A stretch of DNA of 29,267 nt from a virus (IMGVR_UViG_3300005805_008062:1-29267), one strand, 5' to 3'; shown: positions 8,359 to 18,068, counted from the first letter of the stretch. Numbers and translations: made by a program. Notes: generated by a model from the letters alone, not told the origin.

Positions 8359-8650
8359 ACTCTGTGCCTTTCACTAGTTCTCTAAATACTTCCCAGTCAA
8401 TGATAGCAACCTTGGATTCTGAATTGCTACCTAAAACTACAGAAATACATGGATATTTATAATTAGAATTCCAAGCATCTTTACGCATCTTTTTCCAATT
8501 TGGAAGATTTAGAGTAAAGCTTTTCTCGTTATGCTTGTAATCCACTAAGAATTTATTTAAAGAAGCATCGCCTTTTTTAAGACCACGACCAGAATTTTTG
8601 ATCGGCTTGGCTTTATCTTTCTTGATTTCTTCTTTCTCGGTTCTTTTCAC
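8351..8650 (-). CDS. Small PD-(D/E)XK nuclease / Holliday junction resolvase-like protein
   Basis: NSGRG..KGDA...LVDYK...SF pattern; GTG start directly after the recA stop. Confidence 0.65.
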   Translation of the reverse strand: MKRTEKEEIKKDKAKPIKNSGRGLKKGDASLNKFLVDYKHNEKSFTLNLPNWKKMRKDAWNSNYKYPCISVVLGSNSESKVAIIDWEVFRELVKGTEYE

Positions 8651-9565
8651 CTATGCCCGAATCACTTTCTCTAGCTCAGTTATTTCTTTTGCTGATAATT
8701 CAATGCTTGAAAGACCATTCCACTTACTTTCTTTATAAGTATACCAAGCACCTTTGCGTTTAATGATATCCATCTCAATAGCAATATCAATCAATTCTCT
8801 TTTTGTATCAATCTGACCAAGCTGAGGAAGAACATAATAATAACCTGTGCTGCCGATAGTTGGGCATTGTTTTGTTTTCTCAACAGTCCATGTTGCCTTT
8901 TGGCTTGTAATCATATTATTTTCTTCTCTTTCCATCTCGCCTTTAGACATAGACAAGAAAAGTTTAATAATATTAGACATATTGTGGTGGACTGTGTTGC
9001 CCATCTTGGCTTTAGTAATTGCATACATACCACTCAGATCAACTGTTTGGTGAGCAACAAACAACATAATGTTACGCTCTTTATGAAGATAGTTCACTAG
9101 CTTCTGCAGGAAATAACCCTGAGAACGAGCAGATAAACCCATTGCCTTACCACTTTCCGGTTTATCATAAAATTCTTCTTTAACAATATTTGATAGCGAG
9201 TCAAACAAAAAAATGTGTTTTTCTTTATCGTCACTTAGATATCCAATAATATTTTTCATAATGTCCTCAACAACAGTTGATTGAACAATTACAACATCAT
9301 CAATATTGATACCGCATTTCTTTGCATACTCATCGTTGTATGATGATTCTGAATCCACAATAACTGGCCGGTATCCCATCTTTTGGGCTTCTGCAATAAT
9401 TCTGAAACACATTGTTGTTTTACCAACAGACGGTGTGCCCCAGAACAAATGAGTTGCCCCAGAATTTAACCCGCCATTCAAGGCCCGGTTCAAACCAACA
9501 CTTGGGGTTGGAATAACTTCGTGAACAGGCATTACTTCGCCTTTTCGTTTATCTACAATTAACAT
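8651..9565 (-). CDS. recA: RecA-like recombinase
   Basis: Walker A GTPSVGKTT, VDSE, Walker B LFDSL, C-terminal KGAWY; SD AGGAG. Confidence 0.92.
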   Translation of the reverse strand: MLIVDKRKGEVMPVHEVIPTPSVGLNRALNGGLNSGATHLFWGTPSVGKTTMCFRIIAEAQKMGYRPVIVDSESSYNDEYAKKCGINIDDVVIVQSTVVEDIMKNIIGYLSDDKEKHIFLFDSLSNIVKEEFYDKPESGKAMGLSARSQGYFLQKLVNYLHKERNIMLFVAHQTVDLSGMYAITKAKMGNTVHHNMSNIIKLFLSMSKGEMEREENNMITSQKATWTVEKTKQCPTIGSTGYYYVLPQLGQIDTKRELIDIAIEMDIIKRKGAWYTYKESKWNGLSSIELSAKEITELEKVIRA

Positions 9566-9600
9566 CTATTCTCCTATTCGTTTAGAACTATGATAACATA
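9566..9600 (-). promoter_or_regulatory. Putative extended -10 promoter and SD for recA
   Basis: Minus strand TG-T-TATCAT then AGGAG-AATAG-ATG in the 62-bp gap. Confidence 0.45.
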
Positions 9601-9627
9601 TCCGTGAAGTATGATTAGCCAAACTGA

Positions 9628-10677
9628 TTATAAATTTGCTAACCATTTTTGAACTTTCTCCGCATCCTGCGCAAAATCAACATGGTCGGTAAAAGATTTA
9701 TATGCTGCGTCAGACATTTGCTTTAAACAATCTTTATTTAAAATTATTTCTTTTATCTTAATAGATGCATCTTCCAAACTCATTGTATCTAAATCTATAC
9801 AATTATCACTATTAAATAATTCTTCACCTAAACAATCTTTGTAATAAGAGCTGCGAATTATTGTTGGCTTACCGCAAGCATAGGCGTTATATAATATATG
9901 ACCATAACCATCGCCACCGTGTTTAACATGAAAAATAAAATCGTTATTTTGCATTGAATTTGATAATTCCATTGTCCCTGACGCAAACGCGCCATCTCGG
10001 CATTGACCGCCATAACTTCTAAATTCAACCCCTTGCGGTTGTAATAATTTTTCTAAATTAACAAAATCTTCCCAACCTCTATTATTTTCTATAACATTTA
10101 TATATGAACTTATTTTATTAAAACCAAATTCATCAATTGGTTTATAAATATTAGTGTCAAATTCTTGATGATAATATACAGCATTAGTATTTTTCCAACC
10201 TCGGTCTTTTATTGATGCTAAAAGATTATGACCATCCGCAAAAGATTCCCCCCAATTATTTCCCATCTGGACTATTAATTTAGCAGAAGGCTGGTATTCA
10301 CGAATAAGATTTTTAAATAACTGGATATGATCTGGTACTGTTGCTATAACAAAATCAAATTTTTTTTCAATAAAAGCATTAAATTCAATGGCTTTATGAG
10401 TAGTTGTATTACCAGAATCTAGAATTGTATGGACACCATCTTCTAAACTAATAGATTGATTTACATAAGGGGTACCATCTATATTTTTAAGATAGGACAT
10501 ATTAAGATATTGATGAGCAGTGACTTCAAGACCATTTAAATCCCAATATTTATTATAATACCAATCCATTCCGATAGGTCTATACAAATTCATTCCTAAA
10601 CGATTTTCAAATAAAAGAACAAGTGATCTCAATAGCCCCTGGTGATGAAAATCGCAAAAAACATTAATTTCACTCAT
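9628..10677 (-). CDS. GT-B fold glycosyltransferase (divergent)
   Basis: C-terminal DFIFHVK.GGDGYGHILYNAYACGKPTI donor-binding-like segment; start at 10677 (MSEIN) follows GGAG. Confidence 0.7.
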   Translation of the reverse strand: MSEINVFCDFHHQGLLRSLVLLFENRLGMNLYRPIGMDWYYNKYWDLNGLEVTAHQYLNMSYLKNIDGTPYVNQSISLEDGVHTILDSGNTTTHKAIEFNAFIEKKFDFVIATVPDHIQLFKNLIREYQPSAKLIVQMGNNWGESFADGHNLLASIKDRGWKNTNAVYYHQEFDTNIYKPIDEFGFNKISSYINVIENNRGWEDFVNLEKLLQPQGVEFRSYGGQCRDGAFASGTMELSNSMQNNDFIFHVKHGGDGYGHILYNAYACGKPTIIRSSYYKDCLGEELFNSDNCIDLDTMSLEDASIKIKEIILNKDCLKQMSDAAYKSFTDHVDFAQDAEKVQKWLANL

Positions 10678-10678
10678 A

Positions 10679-11350
10679 TCATCTCCACTCGTAGTCATCA
10701 ACCCTAGGCTTATAAAACATTGTCAAGCCTCTTGGAGTTTCAAAATGAAATGGAACAAGTTTTTTATTTAAAACTAAATCAGTCATCTCCCTGGGTATGA
10801 GTCCATAAGGCCAAGCAAAGCCATGTTCTTCATTAGAAATTTGATGCATATTTCTATGAAGATCATGAATAAACAAATATCCGCCATCATTTAAATTTGG
10901 GTAAAACTTAACCATTTCTGCAAATCTAGTTTGAGGTTCAGTATCTAAAAATATAAAATCATAATTTTTATCTAAAATTAAATTACCAACATCGCCAAGA
11001 TGTGAAGAAATTTGCTCTCTTAAACCTAGTCTATTAAATCTAGCATTAGCGATATCATATGTTTCTTTAGCAAATTCATGAGTATCTAAAATACCAAACC
11101 CATTATTTTTTAACGCAAACCCCATGTACGATGAACTGACCCCTTGATGAGTACCTGTTTCAAGAACAAAATTTGGTTTAATCAACCGCATAAAGCTATA
11201 AAGAAACTCACCAACCTCACACTCTACTCCGGCATCATTAAAAGCACTGTATTTGCTGGATTCTGCATCACCATTCCATTTACTTTCATTATGGATTACC
11301 AGTTGACCATCAAGATCACGAAGTTGCTCAGTTATTGTTTTAATTTCCAT
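10679..11350 (-). CDS. Class I SAM-dependent (O-)methyltransferase
   Basis: VLETGTHQGVSS, YDFIFLD and L.DGGYLFIHD motifs. Confidence 0.85.
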   Translation of the reverse strand: MEIKTITEQLRDLDGQLVIHNESKWNGDAESSKYSAFNDAGVECEVGEFLYSFMRLIKPNFVLETGTHQGVSSSYMGFALKNNGFGILDTHEFAKETYDIANARFNRLGLREQISSHLGDVGNLILDKNYDFIFLDTEPQTRFAEMVKFYPNLNDGGYLFIHDLHRNMHQISNEEHGFAWPYGLIPREMTDLVLNKKLVPFHFETPRGLTMFYKPRVDDYEWR

Positions 11351-12338
11351 TTAAAAATTCCTCCCATTGTTTAATTATTTTCTTTTTACCAAACATTTCA
11401 ATTGCTAAAGCTCTTTGTTTTTCACTTATTTCTTTTGCAAAATCAATATCATTTAACATCATTTCTGTTTTTTCAAACATTTGGTCTACATTATCACAAA
11501 CTAAACCACCGATTTGAGCCAATATCTCATCAACTTCATAAAAGTCAAAATCATAAATAATATGAGCCAACTGTTTGCTTATTGCAACAATCGGTAAACC
11601 CATCATCAATGCTTCAATAAAAGATAATGTATATGAAGCTGGGGCTGTGCCTCCATAAATCATAACTCTAGCTTCCTGCATTTTTTTGATTTGACCAGAA
11701 TAAGAAATAGACCCGCCATTTAATTCACCTAGATCATCATTACCCGGACCATACACAAGACCGCTATATTTTGTTATTACACGAGTAACTTCTTCGTAAT
11801 GACAATGAGAACTTCTACCTTTAAGACTTTGAGCAAAAGATAAAACATTTCGCCCGCCGCCATGCCAGCCACTATATTCATCTTCATCTTTATGAAATCT
11901 AATCAGAGTATCTTCGCCAATATAGTTAGAAAGATTTCTTTCTTTTGGAGAATATCTAATAATCTTTAATCCTTCTTTACGCATTGGCTCTAGAGATGTT
12001 TCAATACCGTTTTTTGATTGACCAATGGTTCTCCAGATAACTGTCTTGTGTTTTATATTATCCCAATTTTGAATAATCACATCTGGATAATGCATAACGA
12101 TTATGACATCAAATGGTTCAATTAATTCTGGAGGAAGACTTGTTTTGGGAAAATCAATAGACAACTTCGCATAGTCTTCATGGAAGATAGCGCCTTTAAT
12201 TGGAGGTCTTGGTAAAGTAATATGCCCTCTTGGATCTATGTATGCTCCGTTAGAAAATACATCATGACCTAAATCTGTTAAAAGCTGCACCTCGTCATAC
12301 TCAAGAATTGAATGACAACTTATATAATGTATTTTCAT
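11340..12338 (-). CDS. GT-B fold glycosyltransferase
   Basis: N-terminal L..LGHDV and C-terminal SYTLSFIEALMMGLPIV. Confidence 0.75.
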   Translation of the reverse strand: MKIHYISCHSILEYDEVQLLTDLGHDVFSNGAYIDPRGHITLPRPPIKGAIFHEDYAKLSIDFPKTSLPPELIEPFDVIIVMHYPDVIIQNWDNIKHKTVIWRTIGQSKNGIETSLEPMRKEGLKIIRYSPKERNLSNYIGEDTLIRFHKDEDEYSGWHGGGRNVLSFAQSLKGRSSHCHYEEVTRVITKYSGLVYGPGNDDLGELNGGSISYSGQIKKMQEARVMIYGGTAPASYTLSFIEALMMGLPIVAISKQLAHIIYDFDFYEVDEILAQIGGLVCDNVDQMFEKTEMMLNDIDFAKEISEKQRALAIEMFGKKKIIKQWEEFLNGN

Positions 12339-13402
12339 AAATTACCCGTTTCTTTTAAAACTTCCCAGCATCTATCAATGTATTTTTGAGAAACCTTTTC
12401 CCATGTCATATTTTTATTAATGTACTCAGCACTCTGATATGTTTTATCAGAAACTTCTTCGTAATTATTTGCTATATACAACATTTTATCACATAGATCA
12501 TCAAAGATTGGTTCGCCCCACTGTCCAGCATTAGCGTATCTTCCGGCCATATTTTTAGTTCCCCATGTGAAATCAAGAGGTACAGACATATGAGCAAAAT
12601 CAGAACATGCCAAAACATTTGTGCAAATTGTAGGAATACCTTTTGCAATTCCTTGAAATGGAATATTGCCCCAGCCCTCACCGCTAGTAGGGAACAACAA
12701 GCAATCTGCTTTATCATAAATTGCGCCCAGTTCCTCGTGAGATACTTCATCATCAATCACTTGAATTTGTGGATGCTGGACTGGACCAATCATGCCGCTA
12801 GTCCAAATCCTGGCATCCGGAGGCCCATTTGATTTATAAATAAGCCTATAATTATGATTGCCATTAAATACTTTTAAAAATGCATCTACGGACAGCTGAG
12901 AGTTCTTGCGAGTTGCTGGTGAGCCAACAGAAAGAAAAGTAAATTGATCGTGTGGAGTTCTCTTTTTTGGGAAATATATTTTGGGGTCAACACCCAATTT
13001 AAATTCATAAACTGGTTTGGTAATGCCAGAATTTATAAAGACATCCCTCATGGCATGAGTGGTAGTCCAGACCTCATCCATCTCATTGCACCTAATAACC
13101 CAGTCTTCTGGTAACTTATTTGTCTCCCAGAAAGTATAACCAATTGTGTATAACTTAGATTTAACAAACATATCCGGAACTGAGTGATTAATTATGATCT
13201 CATCAGCAAAATGCCCTCTTTGGAAATACCCCAGACCTGGAATATTGGCTTGAAGCCGGCCAATTTCTTCTGGTAAAGATGGCTTATTTCGTCTAATTGG
13301 TAAACCGCTTGAGCCGATATGTTCCCACAGGCAATCTGGCGTATAGCCGTAGCCTTCACTAAATTTTGGGATTTGATTGTCAGACCATACAAAACTATGC
13401 AT
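12335..13402 (-). CDS. GT4-like glycosyltransferase
   Basis: YTFWET..LP, DEVWT, GVD, RKN, ADCLLFPTSGEGWG...KGIPTICT, TWE. Confidence 0.88.
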   Translation of the reverse strand: MHSFVWSDNQIPKFSEGYGYTPDCLWEHIGSSGLPIRRNKPSLPEEIGRLQANIPGLGYFQRGHFADEIIINHSVPDMFVKSKLYTIGYTFWETNKLPEDWVIRCNEMDEVWTTTHAMRDVFINSGITKPVYEFKLGVDPKIYFPKKRTPHDQFTFLSVGSPATRKNSQLSVDAFLKVFNGNHNYRLIYKSNGPPDARIWTSGMIGPVQHPQIQVIDDEVSHEELGAIYDKADCLLFPTSGEGWGNIPFQGIAKGIPTICTNVLACSDFAHMSVPLDFTWGTKNMAGRYANAGQWGEPIFDDLCDKMLYIANNYEEVSDKTYQSAEYINKNMTWEKVSQKYIDRCWEVLKETGNL

Positions 13403-16400
13403 TAGACACTTCTTTTAGATTTCTTTTCTCAATATATTCTTCCACACTAATAATTTTATCAGAATATTCAAGCTTATATGAGTCTAAACGAGTTAAAGAA
13501 TTTTTGTCTTCAATGCGAGACAATCTTACTGCATACCAGCTGTTCTCTTTCAGTTTACTTTTGACACCTTTTAAAACATTTGCAAAGATAACTATCTTGA
13601 AAAACTGTCTACCATCCCAGCAATAAACACTTGCCATCTCTTTATTTTTGGATGTAGTAAATATTCTTATATTAAAAATATACATCAATGTTTTAGGGTC
13701 AGTAACAAACCCGATGTCGTGTTGATAAAGCCAAGAATATTCGTGATTTTCGCCTTTTTTCTTTAGCATCATAATATTCCAAAGTTTTGACCCTTCGGCT
13801 TCATAAACATCGCAGTAGGCATGCAGTGTTCTGTCGCCAATTAAGCAATACAGGTAATCTCTTTGGGCAACTTCGGTATTTCTTTCACCAAAAACAGTGC
13901 AAGATCCAGAGTGATCTTCAAATTCTATTCTGAGATAATTATTTGCCTTTTTAGTAGATCGCACTACTGCTTTAATTAAAGTCAAACCAGAATTAATTTC
14001 ATGGAAATCTGCCGCATTTTCTACAAACTCATCTATTTCCGTAACATGCTCGCTTGATTTAATAGGGAAACCAAGAACTGGCAAAAAATATTTTGAATGG
14101 TCATATTGAGAAACATGACCAATGGACACAAACGCCCCAACTTTCTCCAGATTTTCCCTCAACGGAGCTTTGACTGATGATTTGCTACATTTATTGCTAA
14201 ATTCTTCAAAAGAACTAAACGGTCTTTTATTAAAAATTTCTTTAATGGCAGCAGCACCACATGTTGCAATGTTTGTTAATCCAAACCGAATTCCAAGTGG
14301 CTCATCATCTGTTGAAATTGAAAAGAACTCTTCGGATTTATTAATATCCGGCGGATAGATGTTTAACCCAAGTCTTTGGGCTTCCATCAAATACGCAGTA
14401 ATTTTATCATTTGCAGATTCGTTAAATAACAATGCCAACATAAACTCAAGTGGATAGTTGATTTTCAACCACATGGTTTGATATGACAGCATTGAGTAGG
14501 CAACAGCGTGAGACTTGTTAAACATATACAAAGCCGACATTTCAAATTCGGACCAAATCTTTTCCGATTGCGCAGAAGTCAAATATTTGTTGTTAACGAA
14601 TTTATTTTTATATTTATCAAACTCAGCAACATCTCTTTTCTTACCAATAATTTTCCTCAAAGAGTCAGCTTCAGCCCAAGTAAAATCAGCCAACAAAACA
14701 GCCATTTGCATCAACTGCTCTTGGAAAATTACAGTGCCATAAGTTTCTTCCAGAATTGGTTTAACAATTTCATTAGGGTATCTAGGTTTAGCCAAACCTT
14801 TTTTGCAGTCAATGTACCTTGCACCCTGAGAAAGCAAAGCGCCAGGTCTAACTAAAGCATTTGACACAACCAAATCGTTAAAATTGGCAATGCCCATACG
14901 CTCAATAAGATTACGGTAAGCGGCAGCATCTGTTTGAAAAATACCAACAGTATTGCCGTTATTGAAGTTTTCAAAGACTTTTGGATCATCAAGCCCCAGG
15001 GAAGCCTGCTTTACATTGACCCCATAACGCTTGGAGATGATTTCTAAGCAATCTTTAACCACAGATACGGTCTTTAGACCCAAAATGTCAATTTTAATAA
15101 GCCCGACAGCCTCAGCATCAACCATGTCAAAAGCCGAAACCATCGTGCGCTCGGAACCTTGAGAATCCTTTCGGGATTCAACAGGGCAAACCTCATTAAG
15201 TGGCAAAGCCGAAACAACCATACCGGCAGCGTGCACACCCGCATTGCGAATACGATCTTGAAGACGCTCAGCAACATTTGTAATCTCGGGATATTTCTTG
15301 GTAAAAATCTTGCCTTTATCTGTTTTCTTCAACTCATCAATTGTTTCAAAAAACGGAGTAATTGCATTAATTTCGGCAAAAGGAACTTGCAAAACCCGAG
15401 CAACATCTTTCACAGCAGATTTCGGCTTAAACTCGCCATATGTTGAAATCGCAGCGACCTTATCTTCGCCCCAGCGTTTTGCCAAATACTCACGAACTTC
15501 ATCTCGGCGCTTATCTTCAAAATCCAAATCAATATCGGGATAATCATTTCTTTCCGGGTTTATAAAACGCGCAAACAAAAGATTATATTTAATCGGGTCA
15601 ACATCGGTAATCTCAAGCAAAAATGCCAGCAAACTACCACCGACAGAACCACGCCCGGTACCCCGGCCAATGTTGTTTGCATCAGCCCATTTGACCAAAT
15701 CCCAAACAATCAAAAAATAATCGGCAAACCCAAGCTGTTTAATGATCCCAATCTCTTCAGACAACCTTGCTTTATATTCATCGCCAAGACCCAAACTATT
15801 GAGTTTAAATTGGCACATCTCTTCCAGATATTCATTGGAATCCAAATTTTTGAGATACTTTGGAAGTAAACTCTTATGCTTGTGTATACGAGCGGTACAC
15901 TTCTCCGCAACTTCCAAAGTATTTTCTAATATGTCAATTCTATCATAGCCAGAATCTCTAAACCACGAAGCCACCTCATCAGCGTGAGCCACAAACGGAT
16001 TAATCTCATCAAACCTAAGATTCCTGTTAGGATACATATTATTGATTTTCGCCACTAAGTCCAAAGACATATCATTAGCAATACCAGCGTGGTCTTTTGC
16101 ATATCGCTGATCTGCTGGAGAAAGTCCAGTAAACTGGGATATCATTAACAGGATTTCTTCACATCCTTTATCTTTATGAGTTGGGAAATGGCAGTCTGCT
16201 GTCGCTACAACCTTTTTCCCGAAAGTTTTTGCTAAATCAAAAATACCATCATTGAGTTCTTTCGGGTTCCAAGCCTGTACTTCATAATAAAAATCATCTT
16301 TGAATATCTCAATGAATTGCTTAGAAAGCTCCTCTGCTCTTGCTGTATTGCCAGAAGTTATTGCTTTAGAAATCGCACTAGCCATGCAGCCCGACAGGGC

Positions 16401-16796
16401 AATAATATCGTTATCAACCAAATCCTTTAACAGTTCAAAATCAATTCTTGGCTTATAATAAAAATTCTTATTCCAGGCAATTTCGTTAATCTTAAACAGC
16501 TTTTTAAGGCCATCATCATTCTTAGCCAAAAGAATTAAATGAAATCTTTCTGACTTATCTTCAACATCGGTGCTTACCGATGGCACAAAATATGATTCTA
16601 TTCCAAATAATGGTTTAACTTGGTGTTTATGACAAGCGTTCTGAAATTTTAGTACGCCGCCCATTGTTCCGTGATCGGTAATTGCGGCAGCAATTTGCCC
16701 ATTAGTGCTTGTAATTTTTGCTATTTCATCAGGGGTGGACATGCCATCAAGTAATGAATACTCTGAATGGCAGTGCAAATGTACAAAATCAGTCAC
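13395..16796 (-). CDS. dnaE: DNA polymerase III alpha subunit (DnaE-type)
   Basis: PHP motifs HLHCHSEYSLLDG, TDHG, TADCH; GRGSVGGS; PDIDLDF; KIDILGL; FNKSHAVAY; GTG start; no intein. Confidence 0.97.
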   Translation of the reverse strand: MTDFVHLHCHSEYSLLDGMSTPDEIAKITSTNGQIAAAITDHGTMGGVLKFQNACHKHQVKPLFGIESYFVPSVSTDVEDKSERFHLILLAKNDDGLKKLFKINEIAWNKNFYYKPRIDFELLKDLVDNDIIALSGCMASAISKAITSGNTARAEELSKQFIEIFKDDFYYEVQAWNPKELNDGIFDLAKTFGKKVVATADCHFPTHKDKGCEEILLMISQFTGLSPADQRYAKDHAGIANDMSLDLVAKINNMYPNRNLRFDEINPFVAHADEVASWFRDSGYDRIDILENTLEVAEKCTARIHKHKSLLPKYLKNLDSNEYLEEMCQFKLNSLGLGDEYKARLSEEIGIIKQLGFADYFLIVWDLVKWADANNIGRGTGRGSVGGSLLAFLLEITDVDPIKYNLLFARFINPERNDYPDIDLDFEDKRRDEVREYLAKRWGEDKVAAISTYGEFKPKSAVKDVARVLQVPFAEINAITPFFETIDELKKTDKGKIFTKKYPEITNVAERLQDRIRNAGVHAAGMVVSALPLNEVCPVESRKDSQGSERTMVSAFDMVDAEAVGLIKIDILGLKTVSVVKDCLEIISKRYGVNVKQASLGLDDPKVFENFNNGNTVGIFQTDAAAYRNLIERMGIANFNDLVVSNALVRPGALLSQGARYIDCKKGLAKPRYPNEIVKPILEETYGTVIFQEQLMQMAVLLADFTWAEADSLRKIIGKKRDVAEFDKYKNKFVNNKYLTSAQSEKIWSEFEMSALYMFNKSHAVAYSMLSYQTMWLKINYPLEFMLALLFNESANDKITAYLMEAQRLGLNIYPPDINKSEEFFSISTDDEPLGIRFGLTNIATCGAAAIKEIFNKRPFSSFEEFSNKCSKSSVKAPLRENLEKVGAFVSIGHVSQYDHSKYFLPVLGFPIKSSEHVTEIDEFVENAADFHEINSGLTLIKAVVRSTKKANNYLRIEFEDHSGSCTVFGERNTEVAQRDYLYCLIGDRTLHAYCDVYEAEGSKLWNIMMLKKKGENHEYSWLYQHDIGFVTDPKTLMYIFNIRIFTTSKNKEMASVYCWDGRQFFKIVIFANVLKGVKSKLKENSWYAVRLSRIEDKNSLTRLDSYKLEYSDKIISVEEYIEKRNLKEVSNA

Positions 16797-16799
16797 TTA

Positions 16800-17321
16800 T
16801 TATTCCAATCTAATGTCGTATAGTGAATCAACACTATTCATAGTTTTCCAATATTTTTCATTATACCAAGATTTACGCAAGTAACACTTGAAACCGGCTT
16901 TTTCTATTTTCTTAATTTCACTAGGATTATCTTCAATTACAAAAATAGGATTGATGCTATTAACAACATCTACCTTCTTACCAAAATTGCAGTAGTGAAT
17001 TTTATTATATCCAATATTCCACTCATTTAGCCAAGAATCAGTGATCTGTTTAATCTCTTCTTTTCTTGTTGAGATAATGTATATGTCTATATTTTTACTA
17101 AACCACTCATTGCATTTATGCCAAGAATCTTCAAATGGTTTTAAATTTTTCCAAAAAATTTTTTTAGAAAATAAATGCAAAGCTTCTTCGTCTTTAGTAT
17201 TTGTCGTGAGCCATTTTGAATAGTCCAAACTAATGCCGCAATCATAGTGTAAATATTCTGATACCGAAGTATCTATATCTGCCACCACACCATCTAGGTT
17301 TAATACAATACTTTTATTCAT
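16800..17321 (-). CDS. HAD-fold 5'(3')-deoxynucleotidase-like protein with an atypical motif I
   Basis: LNLDGVVAD, FWKNLKP, IISTR, T..WL, K, IEDNP. Confidence 0.75.
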   Translation of the reverse strand: MNKSIVLNLDGVVADIDTSVSEYLHYDCGISLDYSKWLTTNTKDEEALHLFSKKIFWKNLKPFEDSWHKCNEWFSKNIDIYIISTRKEEIKQITDSWLNEWNIGYNKIHYCNFGKKVDVVNSINPIFVIEDNPSEIKKIEKAGFKCYLRKSWYNEKYWKTMNSVDSLYDIRLE

Positions 17322-17323
17322 AG

Positions 17324-17396
17324 TGGGTTATGTTGGAATTGAACCAACAACCAAGGCGTTATGAGCACCCTGCTCTAACCATTGAGCTAATAACCC
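17324..17396 (-). tRNA. tRNA with CAT anticodon, most like tRNA-Ile2 (elongator Met is the alternative)
   Basis: Cloverleaf GGGTTAT TA GCTC AATGGTTA GAGC A GGGTG CTCATAA CGCCT TGGTT GTTGG TTCAATT CCAAC ATAACCC A. Paired G1-C72 rules out the initiator; CCA is not encoded. Confidence 0.93.
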
Positions 17397-17426
17397 TAAC
17401 CAAGAGATTAAACTCTTAAGTTATTT

Positions 17427-18068
17427 TTACCAGCTGTCTTTAACTTCGCCTGTAGTTAAAAATGCTTGTTGTTGCTCGTATGGCAACATTTTATATACCG
17501 AATCAAGTTGATGATATGGCATATTTTTAATTTCTTGAGTCTCTGGAGATGGCTCAAGAGGGATCAGGCTGTAATTCGTATCCGAAGCGCCAGTTCCTGT
17601 TCTTGAATACTTATAATATCTATCAGTAATAGAACCAAATTCTTTTGCGTATTCAAGCAAAGTAAGCCCAATATGGCGTTGATTAAATGTTGTATCCAAC
17701 ACTCTTGGTTCCCAAACTCCTGGTTCTATCTCAACAGCAATGTTGATAAGAAGGTGCGGTTTTGGTCTCCATGCTTTATCAACAACAGATTGCTCAGTTG
17801 CCCAGCAACGGTAATTAAATTTTTCCATGCCGGCTGTTGAAGCAACTTTCCACTTCCAGTTAATTGTTGAAGTAACAACTGGAACTGTGATGCCTGTGCC
17901 AACTTCGGGGTTGTAATTTTTTGAATCTTCAGTCAACTCTTGGCGAAATCTAATCTTGTAAGATTGCCCAGCGTTAACAGTGAAGAATTTTTTCGCCCCA
18001 CCTTTTGGTCCTTTCTCTACTACTGCCTTTTCAAGGTCTTTTAATGTTTTAATTGATGTAAATGACAT
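17427..18068 (-). CDS. Single-stranded DNA-binding protein (gp32-like)
   Basis: KIRF, GSITDRYYKYSRTGTGASDTNYSL pattern, C-terminal Trp, located between primase and DnaE; SD AAGGAG. Confidence 0.65.
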   Translation of the reverse strand: MSFTSIKTLKDLEKAVVEKGPKGGAKKFFTVNAGQSYKIRFRQELTEDSKNYNPEVGTGITVPVVTSTINWKWKVASTAGMEKFNYRCWATEQSVVDKAWRPKPHLLINIAVEIEPGVWEPRVLDTTFNQRHIGLTLLEYAKEFGSITDRYYKYSRTGTGASDTNYSLIPLEPSPETQEIKNMPYHQLDSVYKMLPYEQQQAFLTTGEVKDSW

